DNA from: a virus
Reading direction: 5' to 3' (one strand)
IMG/VR virus record: IMGVR_UViG_3300022682_000033
Span: 3,893-67,892 of that record
Length of the DNA stretch: 64,000 bases
Shown in pieces: positions 56,328-64,000 of the stretch. The notes under the pieces are model-generated. The model was given only the letters and a program-made list of their open reading frames with translations. It was not told the DNA's origin and did not search any database. A program made the position numbers and the translations under genes. Numbering within the stretch: position 1 is the first letter of the stretch; each line of letters starts with the position of its first letter.

Positions 56328-56369
56328 CAAAAAGCCGAACCGCGCATTAAGCATAATTCGGCTTTTTTT
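56328..56369 (-). terminator. Repeated terminator-like hairpin (copy at 60890-60929)
   Basis: AAAAGCCGAA-ccgcgcatt...-TTCGGCTTTT near-identical at two sites. Confidence 0.6.
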
Positions 56370-56371
56370 AC

Positions 56372-56638
56372 TCATTTGTTATACCACACCCAATCAGCAT
56401 GTGGGACTTTAACTCCGAGACGGTATGCAAGGGCGCGAAATGCCCACAAATCCGCGCCGCAAGAAGTGGTAGCGAAATCCTCGACCTCTTCTTGTTTCAG
56501 ATTGAATGGGCCTTTGAAACCAAAAGCCCTACAATCTCCATTACCATCTAAACAGCAATTGTCCGGGTTTACTCTTTCCCGGACGACCTTAGCCAATTTT
56601 ATTAATGATCTTTCCATCCTTAGCTCCTTTGTTTTCAA
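56372..56638 (-). CDS. Hypothetical protein
   Basis: ORF ends at the hairpin. Confidence 0.45.
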   Translation of the reverse strand: MKTKELRMERSLIKLAKVVRERVNPDNCCLDGNGDCRAFGFKGPFNLKQEEVEDFATTSCGADLWAFRALAYRLGVKVPHADWVWYNK

Positions 56639-56792
56639 TATCGTAATAGGCCCTTAGCGCTTTTTCTATCGCCTGGGCCTGATTCGGTTGTGTCCGCAAC
56701 CAGGCCACCAGGTCTTTAGGCAGCTTGGTTGCGTATGGGATTTTGTTGACGCCGGGTTTTCGCCCGGCGTTTTTTCGTTTCCCGCCTCTCAT
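56589..56792 (-). CDS. Small DNA-binding protein (GGxRxxAGR hook + RHH-like)
   Basis: RGGKRKNAGRKP...LPKDLVAWL..NQAQAIEKAL. Confidence 0.6.
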   Translation of the reverse strand: MRGGKRKNAGRKPGVNKIPYATKLPKDLVAWLRTQPNQAQAIEKALRAYYDIENKGAKDGKIINKIG

Positions 56793-56983
56793 TTATTATC
56801 CTTATTTTTTCTGTAATGTTTTTTGGCCCAAGGAGGCGCAACCCTCATTCTCGGATGTATTGGTCTCCACATCTGATGGTCTGTCGAGTCATAACAGCTA
56901 TCATACTCGATAGGGCCTCGGCCATCGTCCCAATCATACATATAAACAGGTTCATATCCGAACAATCTCATGATTGAGTTCAT
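56789..56983 (-). CDS. Hypothetical protein
   Basis: AAGGAG RBS; coupled to its neighbours. Confidence 0.45.
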   Translation of the reverse strand: MNSIMRLFGYEPVYMYDWDDGRGPIEYDSCYDSTDHQMWRPIHPRMRVAPPWAKKHYRKNKDNK

Positions 56984-56984
56984 C

Positions 56985-57506
56985 TTATTCTCCTTTCAAA
57001 TGCCGATAAGCGGCATAAGCAACCGCCGAATCATACAGCGGGTTGTGTTCGCCTCCTTCGAATTCGCCAATATGAAGTTGATGCTTCTTACAATAAGCAT
57101 CAACCGATGTTGGATCTTCGCCAGCCTGGTCAAGGTTGCCCGCCACGTCAATCAACGGGAATGGGCCGTCCCGGTCTCCGATTAATCCAAGGTCATGCAT
57201 GTCGATAAGCAGCCTCGACTCTACCGGCATCCCCATGTGAACGATAATGTCAGCGCCTTCTTTGTGATTTATGTAGAAGGCCGAAAAATCATTTAGCATT
57301 GAGATGTAGTTCACGTGAGTCACCGGAATTGACTTGACTTCCGGTAACACATTGTCAACCACCCATTGATCGGTTACATGCTCATAAGAAAGGCGAGCTA
57401 CAAACCTGTCAATTTCATTGCCATCTTCGTCGTAAACAAGCGCCCCAATTGCGAACGCCTGTCCCCATAGCCCATTAGTCTCTGCATCAAAACTGAATGT
57501 TTTCAT
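56985..57506 (-). CDS. DEDDh 3'-5' exonuclease-like protein
   Basis: FSFDAETNG, LIDV, HNPLYDS. Confidence 0.7.
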   Translation of the reverse strand: MKTFSFDAETNGLWGQAFAIGALVYDEDGNEIDRFVARLSYEHVTDQWVVDNVLPEVKSIPVTHVNYISMLNDFSAFYINHKEGADIIVHMGMPVESRLLIDMHDLGLIGDRDGPFPLIDVAGNLDQAGEDPTSVDAYCKKHQLHIGEFEGGEHNPLYDSAVAYAAYRHLKGE

Positions 57507-57521
57507 TTTAGCTCCTTTTTT

Positions 57522-57722
57522 TTAACATTTTCGCTGGGCCCTAAGCGCGGGGCTTCCGTCTGACAATTCAGCGGAAGAGTAAAAAATCTTTCCCGACAGA
57601 GTAATGATTTCGTCTATATAAGATGAAATATCAGGAGTTTCTAAACATTTTTTATCGATTCTAATGGCGGCATCTTGTATCTTTGCCGCCATTTCTCTTA
57701 TTCTTACTAATTCTTTTAACAT
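57522..57722 (-). CDS. Hypothetical protein
   Basis: AGGAGG RBS. Confidence 0.5.
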   Translation of the reverse strand: MLKELVRIREMAAKIQDAAIRIDKKCLETPDISSYIDEIITLSGKIFYSSAELSDGSPALRAQRKC

Positions 57723-57772
57723 CTTTTCCTCCTTTCGCCGTTACGATGCCACGGCGGGGGCGTTAGTCGGAA

Positions 57773-58063
57773 TTAACGATTGTATTGGGCGTCTTCTTGC
57801 GCCCAATAAAACTCATACAGTTGATCGCCGTCAAACCCTTCATAACGATCATCCCAACAATCATCAACCTCATAGATAAAAACTCCGTTTTGGCCGTTTT
57901 TTGATTCATGTTCGTATATGATCATTTTATCTAATTCATCCTCAGAAATACCTTGATCATTGTTGTCACCCACCAGCCAAGTACAAGCCTCATCGCGAGC
58001 GTCTTTCAGCGTTTTACCAGCGCCCCAAACCGTCATTTGATCCATAATCATGTAGAAACCCAT
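57773..58063 (-). CDS. Hypothetical acidic protein
   Basis: AGGAGG RBS before MGFYMI. Confidence 0.5.
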   Translation of the reverse strand: MGFYMIMDQMTVWGAGKTLKDARDEACTWLVGDNNDQGISEDELDKMIIYEHESKNGQNGVFIYEVDDCWDDRYEGFDGDQLYEFYWAQEDAQYNR

Positions 58064-58241
58064 TTTCTTTCCTCCTTTGTTTTTAGTTTTAGTTTTCGTT
58101 TTCCCTATCGTTAAGTTCAATTTATAGCATAAAATACGCATTTATGCTTTATATCGAAAATATCTTTTCTCCCGGTCGCGCCAGCCGGAGCCCAATCGGG
58201 CTCCGGCGTGGGTGTTTTTTTTAGTTTTCACGTTTCTATAT

Positions 58242-58721
58242 CTATTCTTGTGCAATATTATCGATTAAAGCTTCCACTCGCGCGCCCCATTCGTGGCTAT
58301 TTTCATCATATGCAATTGGCAGAATATCACTGTATACGATGCCACAAGGCAGATAGGCCGCTAATGATTCGTATGGATTGTCTTTTTTCCATACGTCAAC
58401 GTCGTCTTCAGCCGCCCTCAAAATCGCAAGACGTATAGCGTTTTCTGGAACAATTGAGAGAATAAAATCTTTCCACGTATCGTTCCAATCATCCCATCCC
58501 CTGGTATCATCCAAATCGCAATTGACCAAAATTGTATTGTCATCGTTATATGCTGAAACAATCAGCCTATCAGAATAGATTACAACGGAAACCTCTTCGG
58601 CCATGTCAGCACCGTATGCAGAAATGTCATATCCGAATTGCAGCGCCAATTCCGAAACTGTCATAATTTCGTGCCAATCGCCATTTTTTTCTACCACGTC
58701 TTTGATCTCTTTGTAATTCAT
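58242..58721 (-). CDS. Hypothetical acidic protein
   Basis: Promoter and AAGGAG RBS upstream. Confidence 0.55.
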   Translation of the reverse strand: MNYKEIKDVVEKNGDWHEIMTVSELALQFGYDISAYGADMAEEVSVVIYSDRLIVSAYNDDNTILVNCDLDDTRGWDDWNDTWKDFILSIVPENAIRLAILRAAEDDVDVWKKDNPYESLAAYLPCGIVYSDILPIAYDENSHEWGARVEALIDNIAQE

Positions 58722-58756
58722 TTTCTTTCTCCTTTTTTTATGGTTTTAGCTTCCTG

Positions 58757-58802
58757 CCCGATCGTTAAGTTCAATATATACCCTGTTTTGATTGTTGTCA
58801 AG
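58757..58802 (-). promoter_or_regulatory. Sigma70 promoter with a shared ACTTAACGAT start motif
   Basis: TTGACA-17-TATATT then GAACTTAACGAT; the motif recurs near 58108 and 63531. Confidence 0.65.
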
Positions 58803-58843
58803 ACTTTTTTCATAGAAAAACAAAAAAAGATAACACAATGAAA

Positions 58844-59761
58844 CTATATACCAATATGTGTTCCGATTGTGTTGATTATATCATTTCCTGGGCGCTCAGA
58901 ATCCCACAGGACGCCATCAAGGACGTATCGCAAATCAGACGGCCTTGCCATGATATATCTATCCATGATGGATTCTACGGTCTCTCCGAGCATGTGGGCT
59001 ATGATTTCTATTCGTATCCCACGGAACAGCGCTTTGGTTGCGAGGGTGCGCTTGAAAACATCGAACGGATCATCTATTTTGAGGTTAATGTCCTTGCTCG
59101 CAGCAGTCACCAACCTCGTTACCTCCCTGACATTCAGGTCGAATAGCAGCGGAGTATCGTCGCTTTCGTTACATGCGATTCCCGCTGCGGCAATCTTTAA
59201 TTTCGTTTGGTTTGAAAACACCACAAATCTTGTCCTCAAACCATTGATAATGAACAGACTTCTTGTTTCGGCGGAAAGGTCGCATTTTTTTGACGTGGAA
59301 ATCTCGACCGCGTTTAACCCCGTGTCGATCAGGATTGCTATTATCGCACGGTTGCGCTCATTATCGCTTTTCCAGGTATACGCTTTAAGCTGAAGGCACT
59401 CATGGTCAGAAAGCACGACGCCGGATGCTGAGTGGCGAATGTGCGATAACTCTCTTTGTTGTATGTTATCAAATGCAATCGTGATATCTGACTCCTCTGC
59501 CCCGTTGAACATGGCGAACCTTTTTGCGAGATTCACCTTTGCTTTAACTGTTGATTTTTTGGCATAATTCGATTCAAGCCAAATCTCATATTCTGAAACA
59601 GTCGCCATGCTATCTATCGGTAATGTCCATTCATGTTCTGCTAAAAAGCTATAAAATGGTTTTATGGCTCCCCTCATACCATCTTTTGATGTAGACTTTA
59701 TTTTTAGAGAGTTCAAAAACACATTGAACTTCGTTGCTATCTTATTACGTTCAGAATACAT
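58844..59761 (-). CDS. Tyrosine-recombinase-fold protein with a degenerate active site
   Basis: RNRAIIAILIDTGLNAVE, DVFKRTLAT, MLGE, DRY. Confidence 0.75.
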   Translation of the reverse strand: MYSERNKIATKFNVFLNSLKIKSTSKDGMRGAIKPFYSFLAEHEWTLPIDSMATVSEYEIWLESNYAKKSTVKAKVNLAKRFAMFNGAEESDITIAFDNIQQRELSHIRHSASGVVLSDHECLQLKAYTWKSDNERNRAIIAILIDTGLNAVEISTSKKCDLSAETRSLFIINGLRTRFVVFSNQTKLKIAAAGIACNESDDTPLLFDLNVREVTRLVTAASKDINLKIDDPFDVFKRTLATKALFRGIRIEIIAHMLGETVESIMDRYIMARPSDLRYVLDGVLWDSERPGNDIINTIGTHIGI

Positions 59762-59773
59762 ATCAAACTCCTC

Positions 59774-60199
59774 CTAAAAATAAACCAGACTACATCTGCA
59801 ATTGCAGATGTCCTCATCCGTAGCGTTCTTATCACGCGGATACATTGGCCCTATGCTATTCGGGAATTGAATCGAAAACCTTTCATCAATATGAATCCGT
59901 TCACCGTTTCTGGCATCATGCTCAACCCTTTGACGCCCGTCGATTTCTGTCTCCCATTCTTTGAACTCGAACCCTGCTTCACGGGCAGCCTGAAAGTCAT
60001 CCTCATCCTTTTGGCTTGTTTTGTCGCTTATATTAATCAATCCTTGTTTTTCAAGAAAATTAGTCAATTCATACATCTTAAATCCACCGTCATCACGAAC
60101 GAATGACGGAGCGGTTTCTTGAACTGTTTTAAGGACCCTTCTATATTGCCAATCCCCGGCAATAAAACGGGCAAGCCTTTCTGCGTCAAAACCTTTCAT
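59774..60199 (-). CDS. Protein with a MuF/SPP1-gp7-like C-terminal motif
   Basis: KEW...DGRQR.EH...NG, YPRD, ICNCRC. Confidence 0.6.
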   Translation of the reverse strand: MKGFDAERLARFIAGDWQYRRVLKTVQETAPSFVRDDGGFKMYELTNFLEKQGLINISDKTSQKDEDDFQAAREAGFEFKEWETEIDGRQRVEHDARNGERIHIDERFSIQFPNSIGPMYPRDKNATDEDICNCRCSLVYF

Positions 60200-60223
60200 T
60201 TTAATATCCTTTTGTATGGTTGG

Positions 60224-60400
60224 TTATTTGTAATAGTTATCCAACGCCGCCCGTACAATTGCGGCGGCGTTTTGCTCTTGTTTTAACCGTTCAATTTGAT
60301 CCCGGCGCAACCGGGTTTGATATCGGAAATATTTTTTTTCCCGGTTGCGCCAGCCGGATCCCGGGCGGGCTCCGCCGTGGGTGTTTTTCTTATTTCCCAT
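60224..60400 (-). CDS. Small DNA-binding protein (HGGARPGSG hook + RHH-like)
   Basis: Paralog of 56589-56792; partial copy at 58150-58225. Confidence 0.55.
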   Translation of the reverse strand: MGNKKNTHGGARPGSGWRNREKKYFRYQTRLRRDQIERLKQEQNAAAIVRAALDNYYK

Positions 60401-60450
60401 TATTCCAAAAAAGATGAAAAAAATACCCGCCATATAGACGGGGATTAAAA

Positions 60451-60684
60451 TTAAGTAATTCCGAAAGTGATTTTTTGGCTTTCAGGGATAATCACTTCAC
60501 GTCCACCAATGGCGGCCATGCCGTCATGCCATTTGCATTGCATGAAGAATTGTAGTTTTTGTTTGCCATCATAATCATCATATACCCTACCGCCGATGAC
60601 CCCTTCTTGATCAAGATACGCATCAAGAATATCTTGATCATTTGATTTTTCATCCAACTTTTCAGTAAATTGTATTGCCTTCAC
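60451..60684 (-). CDS. Hypothetical protein (start uncertain)
   Basis: GGAGG RBS before GTG-AAG-GCA. Confidence 0.4.
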   Translation of the reverse strand: MKAIQFTEKLDEKSNDQDILDAYLDQEGVIGGRVYDDYDGKQKLQFFMQCKWHDGMAAIGGREVIIPESQKITFGIT

Positions 60685-60707
60685 TTCTTCCTCCTTTTGA
60701 TTAGTTC

Positions 60708-60863
60708 CTATTCCCACATATACCGAAAGATATCCTTCGGGTTTACAACTTTTGGCATAAGTGGTTTTGCCGTTATATACAATGACGGCTTGGTTACATA
60801 ATACCAAAACCGCCATTGGCGACAATATTCAATCACTTCGCTTTCCAAATTTCTAATATCCAT
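60708..60863 (-). CDS. Small hypothetical protein
   Basis: GAGGGG RBS before MDIRNL. Confidence 0.35.
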   Translation of the reverse strand: MDIRNLESEVIEYCRQWRFWYYVTKPSLYITAKPLMPKVVNPKDIFRYMWE

Positions 60864-60931
60864 ATCATCCCCTCTCTCTCCCCCAACACAAAAAGCCGAA
60901 CCGCGCATTTAGCGCAATTCGGCTTTTAATT

Positions 60932-61360
60932 TTATTCAAAAGCATCACAGTCATCACAGTCATTGCAACAATTGCTACGACTGCGGCACCCATTGCAAAC
61001 ATGCTCGTAAAGAACATGTTCGCCTTCTTCTTTAGCTATAAGATAGATATTTTCGTCCTCCTCGAAAATACCTTCCCCCATCTCCCAATTTTCACAGAAA
61101 CCACTTGCGCGGTCTCTGAATTTCATCGCAGAAGCTGCGATTTTTTTCTTTTTCATTTGTTTCATTGTTTTTTCCTCCTCGGGTTTATACAGTCCGATGC
61201 AGCCGCCATAATTGGCGGCGTCGTCCTGCCAGTAGGCTCTCGCGATCGTGTCGCCGGAGCGGGTAAATTCATACCGAACGTCTATATCGGGATCATCCAG
61301 CAGATCCCACAGTTCAGTTAAACTATAACCAGAAGGCATCCCAACGATGCCTTCTGACAT
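60932..61360 (-). CDS. Hypothetical protein with a Cys-rich tail, 5' end abutting the IS
   Basis: ORF track; no RBS between its ATG and the IS end. Confidence 0.45.
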   Translation of the reverse strand: MSEGIVGMPSGYSLTELWDLLDDPDIDVRYEFTRSGDTIARAYWQDDAANYGGCIGLYKPEEEKTMKQMKKKKIAASAMKFRDRASGFCENWEMGEGIFEEDENIYLIAKEEGEHVLYEHVCNGCRSRSNCCNDCDDCDAFE

Positions 61361-61362
61361 TT

Positions 61363-63301
61363 CGTAATATTCCTTAAAAAGGGTGTTAAAACAATTTATT
61401 AAAAAGTAATTAAAAACAGTTGCTTAAATAGGAAAAAGCGTCTAGGGTCAAAAAAATTGAATAAGGATATAATCTGTTATCATTGAAAAAGGAACCCGAT
61501 CATGACGCACAAAGATATAAAAAACAGTGTCAGAAAGCAACTGAAAAAAGAATATCCAAATTGGAAAAGGCTTAGCAAAAAAGAAAAAAGAGCGATTGCC
61601 AAAAAAGTTTTGGATGAAGTTGAAAGTTGTTATGATTTTGAGCAACCCATCACGACGCCTTTTCCGGAATTGTTGGGTATTGAAAATCAAGTAGGCGTTG
61701 AAAACAAGATAATGAACTTGGAAACGATGGAAATGTTCATATCTGATTTCGACAGTGGCAATCTTTTTAAATTAGCGGGGGAAAAGGGTCATCCCGCGAT
61801 CAAGGATATCGAACTTCGATTGATAGATGAAATCTTAAATGATCAGATTATCAATCGGTTGCTATCGTATGAAGGCTTTACACCTTCGATGAGGGAATTT
61901 ATGCCGAGTGTGTTTCTGCGCGCGGAACTGCTGAAGGCCATAAAATATCCCGAAATAAGCTACCGCAAATTTTGCGGAGACAACGGCAATTACGAAGGCT
62001 GCAAGAAAAACAACCTTTTTACCGGAAAAGATCAGAAACAGAATAGGGCTTTTATCGGTTTGCCGTTGAACAAAAATCAATTTATCAGTCATGTACAAAT
62101 GAGCCAGTTTCGGAACAGTCTGACCTTCGAACAACAGGTGAATCTGACTGTTTACATATTGTATCATTTTAATAAGAGCGGTCTGTTGAAAGAGGGTGTT
62201 TTGCATTGTGTCGATTCCACGGAATTGGCGGTGGATAGCGCCCGACCGTTAGCCACTTTGAAAATCAAAGACAAAAAGATACGTATTTATAATGATATCG
62301 ACTGTGACTGTGGCAAGCGTCGCAATAAACGGGATAAGTCTGTATATGTAGTCGGATACAGGATGCATACGTTAACGGCAATTTGTCCGAAAAGCGGTCA
62401 CAGCTATCCGTTAATATCTTTATTGGCTCCGGCCAATCACCATGACAGTCTCTTTTTGCCATATCTGTCGAAACTTGGAAAAGCGATGGGCTTGGATGTG
62501 CGTCTCATCACGGCCGATGAAGCGTATCATGATAAAGAAGGCCAAATGTTAACGGAAACAGGTGTACATTTGGTAAAGCCGCCAAATGCGAAAGTGCGCC
62601 CACCGGAAAATGTCAGTACGGCAACAATGGAGGTCACTGCTGATGATTTTTGTGATATTCCAATGGATTATATGGGATTGACTGAAGACGGCCATGAATA
62701 TAAATGCGCCGCCGTTTCTGGTGAATGTCCGCGTTCGGCTATTTGTCCGCAATTCAGAATAGTGCCCATGGATAACGGATGCTTTCAGCCGATTATTCAC
62801 GGAAGCGCGGAAGTAGCTAAAGCAATGGAATTGCGCAAAAACGGTGAACGCCCCTTTAACTTGATTAAGAAACGTGAAGGGCTGGATGAAACCCGTGTTC
62901 GTAGCCAGCATGCGCTGCTTGCTCGATGCACGATCACAACAATGGCCACATTATTGTTAGAAATTATTGGCACCCGCGAAAAACAAAAGCGGAAAAAGAG
63001 TCAGGTTCAATTAGAACTGCCTTTGGTTTCCGGTTTTTGACAATTTAAAAAGCATATTAATAAAAACGCTCTGGTTTTCGGGTAGTCCCTAAAAAGCGGT
63101 GCAGGTTATCAAAAAGCACATAATAACCTTACGCAACCTATTGATTTTATTGACTCGCATTGTTTTGTAGGGACTACCGGTTTTCGTTTCTAATATGTCA
63201 ACGATATCTATCTTATCTGTCGATTTCAAATCCGTGTTTTTGTATATAAGACAGAATATATCAGTAAAGAGCAAAATGATATGGCACTATCTGAATTACG
63301 T
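61363..63301 (+). mobile_element. Insertion sequence (DDE, IS4-superfamily-like); ends approximate
   Basis: Transposase flanked by CGTAAT...ATTACG(T); opposes the surrounding minus-strand genes. Confidence 0.65.
61502..63040 (+). CDS. DDE transposase
   Basis: VDST, GYRMH, ITADEAY, RKNGERPFNLIK. Confidence 0.85.
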   Translation: MTHKDIKNSVRKQLKKEYPNWKRLSKKEKRAIAKKVLDEVESCYDFEQPITTPFPELLGIENQVGVENKIMNLETMEMFISDFDSGNLFKLAGEKGHPAIKDIELRLIDEILNDQIINRLLSYEGFTPSMREFMPSVFLRAELLKAIKYPEISYRKFCGDNGNYEGCKKNNLFTGKDQKQNRAFIGLPLNKNQFISHVQMSQFRNSLTFEQQVNLTVYILYHFNKSGLLKEGVLHCVDSTELAVDSARPLATLKIKDKKIRIYNDIDCDCGKRRNKRDKSVYVVGYRMHTLTAICPKSGHSYPLISLLAPANHHDSLFLPYLSKLGKAMGLDVRLITADEAYHDKEGQMLTETGVHLVKPPNAKVRPPENVSTATMEVTADDFCDIPMDYMGLTEDGHEYKCAAVSGECPRSAICPQFRIVPMDNGCFQPIIHGSAEVAKAMELRKNGERPFNLIKKREGLDETRVRSQHALLARCTITTMATLLLEIIGTREKQKRKKSQVQLELPLVSGF

Positions 63302-63320
63302 GACGATAATTTTTCCAGTT

Positions 63321-63491
63321 TTAAGTAGCTAAATTACAAAAACTGGCACAAAAAGCATCTTTAATCGAATGGAAAGCAAAATGTGTTTCAGAAATTTGGC
63401 CCAAATTGGGCTTATACTTCGCCTCATTCGTATGATGGAACATACTTTTTAACACCTTTTTAAACGCTTTTAACTCGAAATTTGTTTCCAT
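63321..63491 (-). CDS. Small hypothetical protein
   Basis: TTTACA-17-TATAAC promoter and AAGGAG RBS upstream. Confidence 0.45.
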   Translation of the reverse strand: METNFELKAFKKVLKSMFHHTNEAKYKPNLGQISETHFAFHSIKDAFCASFCNLAT

Positions 63492-63711
63492 TTTTATTCT
63501 CCTTTTTTGTTTGTTTAATTTGTTTCCCGCATCGTTAAGTACGTTATACACCGAAAAGTTTTATTTGTAAAGGGATAAAAAGCGTGATTAAGTTTACTTA
63601 TGAAAGGTTAAAGGCAATGAAAGCACTTTTTTAATATTTTTCATTGTTTTTCTATTATTTTCTAAGAAATGCTTAAAGCTGCTAATTAATGAAATTTTTC
63701 TTAATAATCCG

Positions 63712-63790
63712 AAGCTACAAAAATGTAACTACAATATGTAACTACAAATCAATATTCTGATAAAAACCAATGTTACAAAAATGTAGTATA
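63712..63790. repeat. Short direct repeats near the presumed prophage end (arm-site-like)
   Basis: ATGTAACTACAA twice in tandem plus TACAAAAATGTA twice. Confidence 0.4.
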
Positions 63791-63822
63791 CTGCACTCTT
63801 GGGTTGATGGCAATGACATATA

Positions 63823-63851
63823 TTGACAGATTATATATGAGATGGTACAAG
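63823..63851 (+). promoter_or_regulatory. Promoter of the tRNA cluster
   Basis: TTGACA-17-TACAAG with an extended TG. Confidence 0.55.
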
Positions 63852-63862
63852 AAAAATCTTTC

Positions 63863-63948
63863 GGAGGGATGGCCGAGTGGTTTAAGGCGGCGGTCTTGAA
63901 AACCGTTGTACGAAAGTACCGTGGGTTCGAATCCTACTCCCTCCGCCA
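63863..63948 (+). tRNA. tRNA-Ser(UGA)
   Basis: GGAGGGA/TCCCTCC acceptor, anticodon loop CTTGAAA, long variable arm, GGTTCGAATCC, GCCA end. Confidence 0.95.
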
Positions 63949-63976
63949 TAAACGACATAGACCTTTACGGACCACT

Positions 63977-64000
63977 GGAGAGATGACCGAGTTGGCCGAT
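63977..64000 (+). tRNA. 5' part of a second tRNA, probably Ser (truncated by the window)
   Basis: GGAGAGATGACCGAGTTGGCCGA start; anticodon not visible. Confidence 0.6.

Larger units (their letters stand above)
1..63750. mobile_element. Siphovirus-like prophage, left end outside the window, right end approximate
   Basis: Capsid, tail tube, chaperone, tape measure, TerL, endolysin, antirepressors and recombination genes; no sheath gene; ends before a host tRNA promoter. Confidence 0.9.

Noticed and set aside
58844-59761. Integron integrase or the prophage integrase
   Set aside because: Catalytic Arg/His residues are substituted and no IntI insertion is evident
63773-63958. 61-aa minus-strand ORF
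   Set aside because: Antisense shadow of tRNA-Ser

Overview
Almost the whole window (1 to ~63,750) is a large siphovirus-type prophage that continues to the left; portal, small terminase and a functional integrase are not seen. It ends just before a host tRNA-Ser cluster. Left to right: (1) head and tail genes with a -1 frameshifting tail chaperone. (2) A ~6 kb insertion between the chaperone and tape-measure genes: a DUF4942-type methyltransferase plus an array-less type IV-B CRISPR-Cas-like operon (Cas11-like domain apparently fused to Csf2, two Csf3 paralogs, CysH-like, Csf1, a WYL-less wHTH). (3) Tail tip/fibre genes, thyX, a replication initiator with iterons and an antirepressor. (4) 34.5-48.2 kb: two convergent runs of integron-type attC cassettes (about 20 full or partial sites) around recU and terL. 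Cassette ends show co-varying complementary cores, and several cassettes carry RNA rather than protein: a complete tRNA-Thr, two related tRNA-like RNAs whose anticodon arm is replaced by a pseudoknot with a second T-loop, and other structured RNAs. (5) An immunity/recombination module, small early genes, a catalytically degenerate tyrosine recombinase and an IS. A PLA2-like gene beside the endolysin has an in-frame TGA where Cys is expected. All calls come from motif recognition and manual base-pairing; no searches were run.
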